A stretch of DNA of 64,000 nt. Source: Eledone cirrhosa (taxonomy: Eukaryota). Positions within the stretch are counted from its first letter, which is position 1, and each line of letters begins with the position of its first letter. The stretch spans positions 115,196,001 to 115,260,000 of the forward strand of contig OZ024740.1 in NCBI GenBank assembly GCA_964016885.1, given 5' to 3'. Below the pieces are notes generated by a model that was given only the letters and a program-made list of their open reading frames with translations, made no database searches and was not told where the DNA came from. Shown piece after piece: positions 13,401-26,426 of the stretch. Position numbers and translations under genes: made by a program.

Positions 13401-15012
13401 GTAGTGTTGGTGTTGGCGGTGGTGGTAGTGTGAGTAGTGTTGGTAGTGTTGCTGGTGGCGGTGGTGATAGAGTTCGTAGTGTTGATGTTGGCGGTGGTGA
13501 TAGTGTGGGTAGTGTTGGTGTTGACGGTGGTGATAGTGTGCGTAGTGTTGGTGGTGGTGATTTAGTGGGTAGTGTTGGTGGTGGTGATATTCTGGGTAGT
13601 GTTGGTGGTGGTGGTGGTGGTGGTGGTGATAGTGCGGGGAGTGGTGGTGGTGGTGGTGGTAGTGGTGATTATGTGGGTAGTGTTGGTGGTGGTGGTGGTG
13701 ATAGTGTGGGTAGTGTGGGTGGTGGTGGTGGTGATAGTGTTGGTAGTGTTGGTGGTGGTGATATTGTGGGTAGTGTTGGTGGTGGTGGTGGTGATAGTGT
13801 GGCTAGTGTTGGTGGTGGTGGTGGTGATAGTGTGGGTAGTGTTGGTGTTGGTGGTCGTGATAGTGTGGGTAGTGTCGGTGGTGGTGTTGGTGGTGGTGGT
13901 GGTGATAATGTGGGTAGTGTTGGTGGTGGTGGTGGTGGTAGTGTGGGTAGTGTTGGTGGTGGTGGTGGTGATAGTGTGGGTAGTGTTGGTAGTGTTGGTG
14001 GTGGTGATAGAGTTCGTAGTGTTGGTGTTGGCGGTGGTGATAGTGTGGGTAGTGGTGGTGGTGGTGGTGTTGGTGGTGGTGGTGGTTGTGTTGGTGATAA
14101 TGTGGGTATTGTTGGTGGTGGTGGTGGTGATAGTGTGGGTAGTGTTGCTGGTGGTGGTGGTAGTGATAGTGTGGGTAGTGTTGTTGGTGGTGGTGGTGGT
14201 GATATAGCGGGTAGTGTTGTTGGTGGTGGTGGTGGTGATAATGTGGGTAGTGTTGGTGGTGGCGGTGGTGATAGTGTGGGTAGTGTTGGTGGTGGTGATA
14301 GCGTGGCTAGTGTTGGTGGTGGTGGTGGGGGGGGGGTGATAGTGTGGGTAGTGTTGGTGGTGGTGGTGGTGATAGTGTGGGTAGTGTTGGTGGTGGTGGT
14401 GGTGATAGTGTTGGTAGTGTTGTGTTGGTGACAGTGTGGGTAGTGTTGGTGGTGGTGGTGGTGATAGTGTGGGTAGTGTTAGTGGTGGTGGTGGTGATAG
14501 TGTGGGTAGTGTTGGTGGTTGTGGTGGTGATAGTGTGGGTAGTGTTGGTGGTGGCGTTGGTTGTAATATTGGTGATGTTGCTGATGATGGTGTTGGTGTT
14601 GGAGATGATGATGTCGGTGTTGATAGTGTTACTGATGGTGTTTGTGTTGGTGATGATGTTGATGATTGTGATGATGGTTTAGGTTGTGTTGGTACTGATG
14701 GTGATGGTGTCGGTGGTTTTGGTGTTGGTGATAGTGTTGCTGGTGTTGGTGATAGTGTTGGTAGTGTTGTTGTTGGTGTTGGTGTTGGTGATAGTGTTGC
14801 TGGTGTTGGTGATAGTGTTGGTAGTGTTGTTGTTGATGTTGGTGTTGGTGATAGTGTTGGTGTTGGTGATAGTGTTAGTGGTGGTGGTGTTGCTGGTGAT
14901 GCTGTTGGTGATGTTGGTGGTGATGGCGGAAATGGTGTCGATGGTGATGATGGTGGGGATGGTATTGGTGATGATGGTCTTGGTGGTAATGGTGTTGCTG
15001 ATGTTGATGGTT
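10440..15012. repeat. G/T-rich minisatellite, unit ~ (GGT)n GATAGTGTGGGTAGTGTT
   Basis: Many variant units across 4.5 kb. The overlapping ORFs are low-complexity and frame-unstable. Confidence 0.92.
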
Positions 15013-15014
15013 AT

Positions 15015-15260
15015 TGATTGATATGATCATCACATGTGCTCAAAATATTGCGGTAAAAGCACTTAACAAGCTCCGAAAATATTTTTTTAAATTCTGATTG
15101 AAATTAAAAGGGTATAGCATCTCAAGATGGTTCCAATACCAGTGATTGCAGGAGCACTAAGAATAATAAAAAACGGAACAGAAAATTATTTGAGAATGTT
15201 CCCTGACTTACCATTACTTGTGCGGCCTATGTATTGAGAAGAGCACTATCGCTGTGAGAA
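15015..15260 (+). mobile_element. R4/Dong-type LINE, 3' REL-endonuclease remnant
   Basis: Translates to IDMIITCAQNIAVK..IEIKRV*HLKMVPIPVIAGALRIIKNG..LRRALSL*, resembling the C-terminus at 42555-42800. Confidence 0.7.
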
Positions 15261-15669
15261 TGATAATCATCTATGTATTTGTTTATGTAACTGTATTAGA
15301 TTATATTCTATAATTATATAAATAACTGAGCACTCTTATAATATTGAATATCATTCTGTTGTAAATATGGCTTTAAAAGGAAAGTGTGCTCATGTATAAA
15401 ACAAATGGTATATTCGTTACTGTGTAAAGTGGGTGACATGAACAATCTGGTGTATTTATTCTGTGGCTTATCAACATATATAGTGAGTTTCTCTGCTCTC
15501 GGTGTCGGAAAAACATTCGGCAAGAAATGGAAACTAAACCGGATAAACACAAGCAATAATAATGATGATGATGATGATGATGATGAGGAGGAGGAGGAGG
15601 AGGAGGAGGAGGAGGAGGAGGAGGAGGAGGAGGGGGAGGAGGGGGGTATCAATCCCAATACTTAACTGA

Positions 15670-15860
15670 TACTGACTTGAAGATAGAAATTGCAGGAATG
15701 TGATGAATATCATCCAATAACATCAGGACTTATCAAAGAAGACTACTGGAGACTACTGGAAAAAGCAGGAGCATATTTAGCAATACAGAATGCTCCGCTA
15801 CAAAACACTACCCAGTTAGACACTTCACATATACTCAGAAATATACTGTTAATCTCAAGT
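15670..15860 (+). mobile_element. Degenerate REL-type LINE C-terminal remnant
   Basis: ..GLIKEDYWRLLEK..LQNTTQLDTSHILRNIL resembles the LQKACLLGTARTLR end seen at 42555-42620. Confidence 0.5.
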
Positions 15861-16180
15861 CCTCAACAGACAATAGAAGATCCAGTAAACACAGTACTTC
15901 TTATTCTGAAATCAATAGTAATATCAATATATAAGAGAAAAGATTTGATTAATTCAATCAGGAGCTACAAAATTTGATGCAATTAAAGAAACTTTCTTGC
16001 ATATGTAAAAGTATTTGTTTCATTTATAATCATTTTTTTTGTTTAATCAAAAGAAGATTTTGAGTCATTAGTTATATCGTTTAGTATTGCTATCCATTAG
16101 AGTTGTCACATTCTAATTTATCATTTAAATAACTTATGGGAATCTTTACATATTTTCGCTTGATATATGTGATGGCATAA

Positions 16181-16248
<68 letters not shown>

Positions 16249-16259
16249 GCGTGTGCGTA

Positions 16260-16310
<51 letters not shown>

Positions 16311-16646
16311 CATAACATATATCATAGACACACACATTTATGTATATATTCATACAGACATAAGTGTAGTGGTGTGGTGAATACGAAATAAAGATATGCG
16401 CACAAGCAATTGTTTATGCACGGGTATAGTTAGCAATGTAATATAAAATACGCGTGGTGTGTGTGTGAATATATGTGTGTGTGGAAAGATAGAGATGGGA
16501 AGAAAGTGAAAGATAGATATATAGATAACGGAGAATGTAGACAGATACACATATAAATAGATAGAGGGAGGAATAAATAGATAGAAACACGCATACACAC
16601 ACACACGCGTATATATATATATATGTTTGTATATATATATATGTAC

Positions 16647-16707
<61 letters not shown>

Positions 16708-17069
16708 CAGTCAGAGATACAGAGAAAGAGTAAGCGAGAGGGAGAGATAGAGAGAGAGAGCGAGAGAGAGAGGGGGAGGGGGTAACTCTTTACTTTGTCA
16801 TTAAGAACTGATATATACTCCATTTGCGTATATATCAGTTATCTCCAATTTCAGCTCGGAATATTACTGTCAATATGATAAAAGCATCGAAGACACATTC
16901 AATTTCCAAATAAATACAACACAACCCACAACTTCAATACTGCAAGAAATAAAATCAAGGCTATCACTTAGTACTGCTTCTATGTATCATGAGATCATTA
17001 CAGACGCTGACTGTTACAATAGCTGGCTTCTGATGGTGTCTATAACACTAACACACATAACATGGCAAC

Positions 17070-17105
17070 GAAACTTCTTCTTCTTCTTCTTCTTCCACTT
17101 CTTCC

Positions 17106-17136
<31 letters not shown>

Positions 17137-17372
17137 CTTCTTCTTCTTCTTCTTCTTCCTCCACTTCTTCTTCTTTGTATTCTTCTTCTTCTTCATCTTC
17201 TTCTTCTTCATCTTCTTCTTCTTCTTCTTCCCCTCTTCTTCTTCCCCTCTTCCTCTTCTTCTTCTTCTTCTTCTTCTTCTTCATTATTATTATTATCATT
17301 ATTATTATTATTATTATTACTATTATTATTATTGTTGTTGTTGTTGTTTTTGTTGTTGTTTTTGTTGTTGTT
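17070..17372. repeat. (CTT)n-(ATT)n-(GTT)n compound microsatellite
   Basis: Direct reading. Confidence 0.92.
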
Positions 17373-17744
17373 ATAAAAACGTAGCAAATCGGTTTCAGTG
17401 GAATCAATTACCAGAAATGCTGGACGTGATACTGACCAAATGACAAACAGTCAGACAGTCAGACAGACAGACAGAGGGAGAGACTGACTGAAAAGACCGA
17501 AAGACTGATGGAATGATTTGCTATTAATGGCAATACCTGACGTTATGTCTATTATAAACTGACCATGACATTATTGGAAAATATTACCTACAATGACAAT
17601 TACACACATACAAGCCCACAGATATATCTACACACACACATTAACACACGCACGCATACATACACACACATACACATATACACACGAGCATACACAAACA
17701 TACACACATATATATATATATGCGTGTGTATATATATATATAAC

Positions 17745-20700
17745 GAAGGAGGTGTGGTAAGGAACCAGATGGACCATAGCGCACCAGAGTACTCAATACT
17801 TAGGGTAGTAGAGTAGGTAATAGGAAAATGTTTAACCCCGACGGCAGAGCTCAAGCCGTTTTGATGGCTATTTCTGGAGTAGAGTCCAGAAATAGCCGTC
17901 GAAAGGGCTTGAGTTCGTCAGGTGAAAATGAATTGTCTTCAAATCCTTGATATGAGGGAGAAAATTTAACGATGTTCACTCACTAGAGTTTTGTTCCCCA
18001 TATGAAGATTTAGCAGCCAAAATACGCCGACTGCTACCGTCTTCAGTTAGGGTCATAAAACTATCAAGTCTCTATCTCTCAATACCTGTAAAAGACGCTG
18101 GACGGGTCTAATCTCAACATAAAATCTGTAGAATTACAGTCGGTCACAGTTAGTGTGAGTGAGTACACACACCATCACACACACCGACGCGAGGTCAAAG
18201 AAAAAAAATATATATACCAACATAATATTCACCGAAAGTTAGGTTACAAAACAACCAATGTTATATTGGTCAAATCTCAATTTGACGATGTAAATTGGAA
18301 AAATTGGTCAACCGCAACCCCATACACACGTAAGTAAATTCGGTTCAATGTTCTACTATACGTGTATCGATTGAATTGTAACATCCGTACCTTCTAAATA
18401 GTGTATGTTTTGGTATACACACATCCATGTGAAGAGCAAGTAGTCAGCTCATATCGAACTCTGTTGTCCCATTGAGAATCTGAGTCCCCAAATATGTGCG
18501 TGCAAGCAACCGCCATGTAGGCCAACAAGGGGCTCTGTGTAGGGTTCGGTATTTGAGTTAAGGTGTCAGTATGTGCGTTTTCCCGTCATATGGGCCCTTG
18601 GGCTTTTAAGATAGGTGTTTGAGTGGTGGAGGTGTGTTACCCAACACAAAAATAAAAATAAAATAAAATAAATGAAAATAAAAAAGAATATCAAAACCCC
18701 GGGGATATGTGTAAGCCCATTAATGGTGTGTAAGTAGTATAGTCCAATCAGTAATCCTAAGCACTCTATGGTTAGGTGATCACGGATCAAAACCTAGTGT
18801 AGTGTCCAATTGATAGGATCGTGACCAATCATAACTGTGGGAACTCCGTGTCTAAAGAAACCGGGTACTGTGTGTAGAGTTATGTATAAAGAGCGCAATC
18901 GGTCTTAACTGAGTGTGTAATACGTCTAACTATTTACTAACCGAGAGAACTCAATGGTTAGGGTATTCTAAAGTAATGGTGAATGCGCGTAATCGGTCTT
19001 AACTGAGTGTGTAATCATTCTAACTATTTACTAACTAGGTATTCTAAAGTAGCGGTAAATGTACACTCAGCTGTGAGAACTCTGTGGAAACAAACCGAGT
19101 ACCGTTTGTAAGTGCGCAAACGATCTTAGCTATCTACTACCTGAGTGTGTGATTGTCTGTTTTTTTGCTAATTGAGAGAACTCTATGGCTAAGGTAAAAA
19201 GGGAGGACATAGTGGTAGGTTACTTTCCAAAAATCCTGCGGAAGGTTTTCGAGGTTCTATGTTGGCAATTGCTGAAAAGATCCGCTCTCCTATTGATTAA
19301 TAGGGGGCCGCCTCTAATAATATTAAAGGTTTCAGCTATACATAAATTACAAACGCCCGTGCTGTCGTTATATGGCTGGGCTGAGCAAATTATGGACCAG
19401 GATAAGGAGTGCTCTATATTCTGTTGTTTAAGCTTCCAGACTAATTCAGAAAACGCCGTGCTATTTTTTTAATCTAATCTATTAAAGGTATGGCGGTGAT
19501 TATACTATCTATCCCTAAATTCAGTGGCAGTTGCCCCAACATACCTGAAGGGTTCTATCTAAAGTGGAGAACATACAGTCGTAGACTATGTTTTTGGTGA
19601 GGCATTTCTCAGCCATGGGGCAAGTGGCGGTGTTCCTGCAAATACATTTTCTGTTATCGACCTGGGTAGTTCCTGGGGAACCACGGTACCTCTGGTGTCG
19701 GGTCTCGGTTCTTGTCTGCTCTTTGGGTAAGTTCCCAGATTTTGGGGTGACTCGACTCGCCTCACGCGTATGAGTCCGTTCATCCATAGAGCTGCCATTA
19801 GTACTTCCATGTCTCATCCCGCCTAGGTCTGTCCTAAGTCTACTATAATTCATCTTAGTTATATTCTGAGCTATGTTACTGGTTTTGGAGTAGGACAACT
19901 TGGTGGTATTCCTATTGAATATTTTATAGTATCTGTGTGATCTAGGGAAGCATTTGGCTAAGGCCCTAAAGAAAAGCTTAGTTATACGAGTGGTCAGGAC
20001 GGTGGAGTATTGGGGGGGGGGGGGGTTGTACCACAGGATTTTTCTGGTCCGATGTCTCTTGTTCTTATTATCTATACTAGTGTTACCTGTCTCCTTGGTT
20101 GCTACTGGTCTATTAGAACTGATAACTGCCTGTGGGTCGAGGGTGTCCTGGGGTGTCCAGAATGTGTTCGAAATCGTCCCAAGTCTCCGGGGCGGTGTAT
20201 CCCCCGTGCAGTTACTGGGATTACCCTCGATAGCTGGGGTTATATCCACTATGCGCCTACTACATTTATCCCTATTCCCTCTACCCGACCTCCGTTCCAT
20301 TTTACGTTCAGCGGTTGTTTTATCTGTCCTACAATTAAGGTTACAATTAGAGTTTCCGCTGGCAGTACGGTGCTCGGACCCCGTGTTTGTACCTGGGCGA
20401 TTGTTTCCATTGGTACCGTCGACATTGGGACTAGGAGGCAATACAACATGAAGTCTATATTGATCCTCCCTCGCCTCCCGCCTGCTGTTAACTAAAGTGT
20501 CACAATTTTGCCCTAAGCTATCGCAGGCAATGTTGCTACTACAATTTACTGGACGTTTGAATGAGATTCCCTCGCTATGCCCCGCGCGTTCCAGGGCGCT
20601 ATTATAGTAATTCGAGATCCTATCAAAAGTATCTTCATCGGAAAATAGTCCTGAAATTCTACTAGAGACGCTTTTAGTAATACCGTTAGTGACTATTCTT

Positions 20701-20765
20701 GGGTGGTTTGATTTTGCGTTGACATAATTTAAGTTCTCGTTGGGTTTGTGGTAGAGATATACAAA
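17745..20765 (-). mobile_element. Degenerate Penelope-like element (second family): RT-thumb/linker, GIY-YIG and long 3' region
   Basis: ILWYNPP..FFRALAKCFPRSHRYYKIFNRNTTKLSYS and CICRNTATCPMAEKCL. After a frameshift: YVGATATEFRDR..NH..STAFSELVWKLK..CNLCIAE. Terminal module at 17745-17922. Confidence 0.88.
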
Positions 20766-20849
20766 AGCGTGGAGAACTTAATATTGCTAACAAAAGTTTA
20801 TTGGACCGTATGACACAACCGATAACAAACCTTGCTATATATATATATA

Positions 20850-21302
20850 TAATAATCTATTATAGAGAGAGGGAAGAGCGACGGAGAGAGTAAAGCTGAG
20901 AACCCATAGGGAGGTGTGTTAAACCTCAAAGCATGAAGAGAGTAAAGCAGAGGGGGAATGATATATTATAGAGAGAGAGAAGAGCGACGGAGAGAGCGTT
21001 ATGACTATGTTTGTTGTATAAAATGATGTCTTGCTTAGTTTTCAAAGTTTATGTCTCGTTCCTGAACGAAGTTTTGTCGCTTTTGGGTAGTAGAGAGAGT
21101 GAAGAAGCGTGTAAAAGAGAGGTTTACAGCATGTATTTAGTTTTATCGTTTTTTTCATAGAAGCAGGACATTTTTGGCAAAGTTTATTACGCGTTGACCA
21201 TCGTTGGTAAATTTGGAGCACATTGGAAAAAGATCATCAAAATCGGTAGAGAAATGTAGAAATGCATAAAAATCATACACACACAGACAGACATCTTCCG
21301 TT

Positions 21303-21310
<8 letters not shown>
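20850..21310 (-). mobile_element. Possible non-autonomous Helitron-like fragment
   Basis: The minus strand begins (TA)n..GATGTCTGTCTGTGTG..GATTTTT, resembling the 5' end of the Helitron at 28849. Confidence 0.4.
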
Positions 21311-21369
<59 letters not shown>

Positions 21370-21497
21370 AAGTTATATTTAAAATTGTTGGGTTACAACT
21401 AGTAAATATTTATAACTGATATAAAAGCACTCGACAAATATTTGGAGTATATTTACAATATTAAATAAATGGAAAACTATATTTATAAAACCATATT

Positions 21498-21563
21498 TAT
21501 TTCATTATATATATTTCGGGGATATCATATTAACAATATGTTATGCCTTCATCAGACAAAATA
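21498..21563 (-). ncRNA. Minimal type I hammerhead ribozyme motif (left arm)
   Basis: Reverse complement of 27944-28009. Confidence 0.8.
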
Positions 21564-21923
21564 CAATATAAACAGTTTTATAGATAAATATATTCGACAT
21601 ACCGTAATAAACATCAACTTCATTTGAAGAGGTTTACTCTAGCAGTGAAAATACAGAGAGAAAGAAAGAGAGAAAGAAAAGAGGGAAAAAAGAAAGAAAG
21701 AAAGACAAAACGAAGAAGAGGAAGAAAAAGAAGAAAAAGAAAAAGAAGAAATGCATGGGACAAAATAGAGAGATGGAAAAATAGATAAAGCGAAGAGCTT
21801 CATGTAAAGAGACAGAAAGAGATATATATATATAGAGAGAGAGGAAATAGAGATAGATACATATATATATATAGAAAATTAGGTAGTGGGAGGTCATTTT
21901 GAGTAAGTGTATCAATGATACAT

Positions 21924-21958
<35 letters not shown>

Positions 21959-23114
21959 GCTCAAGTATTAATGTAAGGGAGATATATAGAGAGATATAGA
22001 GAGATATAGAGAGAGAAAAAAATTTAAAAATAGCCAGACATATTCGAGGCGTAGAAAACCCTATGTTTTAATGTATTAGTATTTATAAAACTTACACTAT
22101 ATTGTAAATATCAGTATTCCTGAATGAAACAAGTATTTACAATGTGTGAAAATTCCTTATCTTATGTTTAGTTTTAAAAGATTCATATGTTTATGTGACA
22201 GCTACAAACATCAATGTGAATCCAACTGATTCACTCTGCAAACTTTTAGTTACCGGAAAACATTCTCAGTGTGGTATAAAAATTTGAGCGTATTATTATT
22301 CTTGCGATTACTCTACAAGATTATCTATCAAGCAGAAATAGAGAGCAGATTTCAATATACTAATCGAAAATATATATTATATTATAAACAAAGATAACAA
22401 TAATAATAATAATAATAAGTAAAAATATATAAAAATATAGAATAGAAAACTAAAAAAAATATATTACGAAAGAATATTACATAATAAAAATATTGCATAT
22501 TAAAATACTACGTATTAAAAAATATTACGTATTAAAAATTTACATATAAAAATATTAAAAATAGAAAAAATAAAATAAAAAATAAAAATATAGAATACTA
22601 CAATACTAAAAGAATAAAAATAAAAATAAAAATAAAAATAAAAATAAAAATAAAAATAAAATAAAATAAAAATAAACCACAAAGAACAACCCTTCAAAGT
22701 TAATTGACAATATATTGCCAAGTTCACTACAAGACAAAGCCAAAAATTATCTATCAAATCACATCTAGCAAAGAATATCGCAAAAAAAGATTATGATGTC
22801 CAATAATGTCTACATAAGTTCCTATATTTAATATAGAAGTTTATCTAGTGTAAGGTTAATTCAAAAAAATTTGGAGCATCGGCTTTTAGGGTAGCTTAAT
22901 TTTTCATGAGGAATGTTTAGATAAAAAATAATAATAAAAAAAAAAATAAAAAAAAAATAATAATAAAAAAAAATAAATAAAAAAAAAATAAAAAAAAATA
23001 AAAATAAATAAAATAAAATAAACAATAGAAAGAGTAAAAAGAGGGAATCAAAGATTTAGGAATCAAAAGATTTATCGGCTAGTTCTCATATACATATAAA
23101 TCAAACTAAATATA

Positions 23115-24372
23115 CTACATTTTAAATTTAAATTTATATTTAAACGTTGAGTTTAATCTATGTTTGCAACAACTGAATAAATTTGTCCGTAGGTTAAGGG
23201 AATTTTTAGATTTTAGTATAAAGAATATCTCCTCTGCGCAGAGGTCACATGTCTCAGAGGATGAATTAAAAGGAATCCCTCTTGAGACTATATTCCAAGC
23301 CGTCGAATATCTAACGTTATCTAGCTTAAGTTGCCAGAGTACCCCTGATAGTGCCGTTGAAGATTTTTTATTTGGATCTGTGAAAGAATTCTTGTGGTTA
23401 TTATAGCGAAGTTTAAATTCCGTCGATGTGGAACCGACGTAGTTAAAAGAATTAGAGTCAGTATTAACATTACAATTGTATACTATATTTTTAACTAAGC
23501 AGTTGTTATTTAACGGACATTTAGATCTATCTCTACAGTTACATTTGTTAACTTGTATATTATTTATGCTATTATCAGTAGGTTTTAAGTTCCTATTATT
23601 TATTCTATTAATATTTTGTGCTAAATTTTTGGTGGATGAGTAGGTTAATTTAATTGTATGCCTATTGAAGATTGAGTGATACCTATGTGTTCTAGGGAAG
23701 CGATTATCAAGAGCTTTGAAAAATAATTTAGCGATGTGGGTTTTAATGTTTAGTGAGAAAGGGGGGGGCAAACCAAATTATGTTCCTAGTTCTATTTCTT
23801 TTTTGTCCTTTGGAATTATTGTAATGCTTTCTATTATAGTTGTTAATGTTGTTGCCGTAATTAAAAAAGTTGTTACTTTGTTTAGTTTGTCTATCATTAT
23901 CTATGTACACAATCTTATCAGCATACCCTGCCATAGCTAGTGCATCATTATAGTATTGGGCCTTTTCGTCAAAAATCTTTCTATTCGACGAAATCCTAGA
24001 GATACGTTTTTGGACTGAGTTTACTATAGTGTTTTTGACAGATCTGGGGTGGTTAGAGTTAAAGTTGACATAGTTTAAGTTTTCATTCAACTTGTGAAAA
24101 GGATAGTGGAGACATGTGTTGAGATTTAATGTTATATCTAGGAAATTGACTATTCTATGGTTGTTCTCAATTTCTATTTTAAGGTTAAAGTAATTAAAAA
24201 ATTTTGTAATTTGTTTACATTTTCTATTTAGTTCAGGGTTATTATTATTAATAAGTAAAAGCATGTCATCCCTATATAAACCTCCGGTAGTACCAGGTAT
24301 TTTCCTATGTAGCGAATTGATTAAAAATAAGCCCACAAGGTCAGTTACCTGAGCTGAGTCGGAGGATCCCAT
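23115..24372 (-). pseudogene. Inverted partial copy of the Penelope ORF (RT C-half + GIY-YIG), frameshifted
   Basis: Same protein as 25170-26426. G8 at 23761-23768 versus C7 at 25774-25780 gives a frameshift. Confidence 0.92.
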
Positions 24373-24374
24373 AG

Positions 24375-26426
24375 TTAAACAAAGTTTTCAAATCTAAAAG
24401 AAATCCACCCCCTAACAAACTTTTATCTGACTTTGAAAACGATATAATTTCTATCATACAAGGGGTCAAATTCAAGAGATACTTTAAAGGCCAGGAATAT
24501 CTGAAAGGCATTAAGGATAACATTGAGAGCTTAGAGAAAACTGAGAAGATCTTGGTGAAATCTGACAAGACTAACAACCTCTATGGAGTGCGGAAAGACA
24601 TGTATAATGGCCTCATACTGAAAGAGCTGAGGAAAAAATACAAGGTAGCAGATAAGGCCGAACTTGAGAAAATGAATGTGGAAGCATCTTGTATAATGCA
24701 TGAGTTGGAAATTGAGAACAGAACACAACCTTTCGTGCCCAGGAAACCGAAGATCAATATGAAGGACCACAAGAGGAATTTTGAAAATGACCTGCCAGTT
24801 AGATTGATCGCACCTTCAAAATCGGACCTGGGCAAATTAAGCAAAAACATTCTTGACAGGGTGATACTGCAAATTAAGAATTTGGATTGTGTATCTAACC
24901 TGAGCTTGTGGAAGGGAACTGGAGAGGTTGTTGAGTGGTTTAGGCAAATTAAATATGACAATAATAATAGGTTTATTCAACTTGATATAGCTAACTATTA
25001 TTCTTCTATTACCCCTAGTCTACTAAATAGGGCACTAAATTACGCATTCAAACATACGGACCTAACTAGCAAAGAAATGCATATTATATTATCGGCTAGG
25101 AAAACTTTGATAGAATTTAATGACAAATTATGGACCAGAGCAGATAGAGATGGCAATTTTGACATAACTATGGGATCCTCCGACTCAGCTCAGGTAACTG
25201 ACCTTGTGGGCTTATTTTTAATCAATTCGCTACATAGGAAAATACCTGGTACTACCGGAGGTTTATATAGGGATGACATGCTTTTACTTATTAATAATAA
25301 TAACCCTGAACTAAATAGAAAATGTAAACAAATTACAAAATTTTTTAATTACTTTAACCTTAAAATAGAAATTGAGAACAACCATAGAATAGTCAATTTC
25401 CTAGATATAACATTAAATCTCAACACATGTCTCCACTATCCTTTTCACAAGTTGAATGAAAACTTAAACTATGTCAACTTTAACTCTAACCACCCCAGAT
25501 CTGTCAAAAACACTATAGTAAACTCAGTCCAAAAACGTATCTCTAGGATTTCGTCGAATAGAAAGATTTTTGACGAAAAGGCCCAATACTATAATGATGC
25601 ACTAGCTATGGCAGGGTATGCTGATAAGATTGTGTACATAGATAATGATAGACAAACTAAACAAAGTAACAACTTTTTTAATTACGGCAACAACATTAAC
25701 AACTATAATAGAAAGCATTACAATAATTCCAAAGGACAAAAAAGAAATAGAACTAGGAACATAATTTGGTTTGCCCCCCCTTTCTCACTAAACATTAAAA
25801 CCCACATCGCTAAATTATTTTTCAAAGCTCTTGATAATCGCTTCCCTAGAACACATAGGTATCACTCAATCTTCAATAGGCATACAATTAAATTAACCTA
25901 CTCATCCACCAAAAATTTAGCACAAAATATTAATAGAATAAATAATAGGAACTTAAAACCTACTGATAATAGCATAAATAATATACAAGTTAACAAATGT
26001 AACTGTAGAGATAGATCTAAATGTCCGTTAAATAACAACTGCTTAGTTAAAAATATAGTATACAATTGTAATGTTAATACTGACTCTAATTCTTTTAACT
26101 ACGTCGGTTCCACATCGACGGAATTTAAACTTCGCTATAATAACCACAAGAATTCTTTCACAGATCCAAATAAAAAATCTTCAACGGCACTATCAGGGGT
26201 ACTCTGGCAACTTAAGCTAGATAACGTTAGATATTCGACGGCTTGGAATATAGTCTCAAGAGGGATTCCTTTTAATTCATCCTCTGAGACATGTGACCTC
26301 TGCGCAGAGGAGATATTCTTTATACTAAAATCTAAAAATTCCCTTAACCTACGGACAAATTTATTCAGTTGTTGCAAACATAGATTAAACTCAACGTTTA
26401 AATATAAATTTAAATTTAAAATGTAG
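24375..26426 (+). CDS. Penelope-like RT + GIY-YIG endonuclease (Naiad-like), open frame but 5'-truncated
   Basis: The frame is open from 24375 (LNKVFKS..FENDI..VKSDKT). Motifs: KDHK..RLIAPSK, LDIANYYSSI, MGSSDSAQV, YRDD, FLDITL, IWFAPPFS, CNCR..CPL..C, YVGSTSTEFKLRYNNH, CDLC..E..LN..CKH. Confidence 0.92.
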   Translation, partial: LNKVFKSKRNPPPNKLLSDFENDIISIIQGVKFKRYFKGQEYLKGIKDNIESLEKTEKILVKSDKTNNLYGVRKDMYNGLILKELRKKYKVADKAELEKMNVEASCIMHELEIENRTQPFVPRKPKINMKDHKRNFENDLPVRLIAPSKSDLGKLSKNILDRVILQIKNLDCVSNLSLWKGTGEVVEWFRQIKYDNNNRFIQLDIANYYSSITPSLLNRALNYAFKHTDLTSKEMHIILSARKTLIEFNDKLWTRADRDGNFDITMGSSDSAQVTDLVGLFLINSLHRKIPGTTGGLYRDDMLLLINNNNPELNRKCKQITKFFNYFNLKIEIENNHRIVNFLDITLNLNTCLHYPFHKLNENLNYVNFNSNHPRSVKNTIVNSVQKRISRISSNRKIFDEKAQYYNDALAMAGYADKIVYIDNDRQTKQSNNFFNYGNNINNYNRKHYNNSKGQKRNRTRNIIWFAPPFSLNIKTHIAKLFFKALDNRFPRTHRYHSIFNRHTIKLTYSSTKNLAQNINRINNRNLKPTDNSINNIQVNKCNCRDRSKCPLNNNCLVKNIVYNCNVNTDSNSFNYVGSTSTEFKLRYNNHKNSFTDPNKKSSTALSGVLWQLKLDNVRYSTAWNIVSRGIPFNSSSETCDLCAEEIFFILKSKNSLNLRTNLFSCCKHRLNSTFKYKFKFKM

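Noticed and set aside
10602-15021. Gly/Ser/Val-rich long ORFs
   Set aside because: Repeat-derived, with multiple frameshifts and stops.
18002-18046. CTGAAGA on the minus strand as a hammerhead
   Set aside because: The motif is part of a simple hairpin, with no properly placed GAAA..UH.
24375-26426. Selenocysteine recoding as reported for some Naiad elements
   Set aside because: There is no in-frame TGA in the visible ORF.
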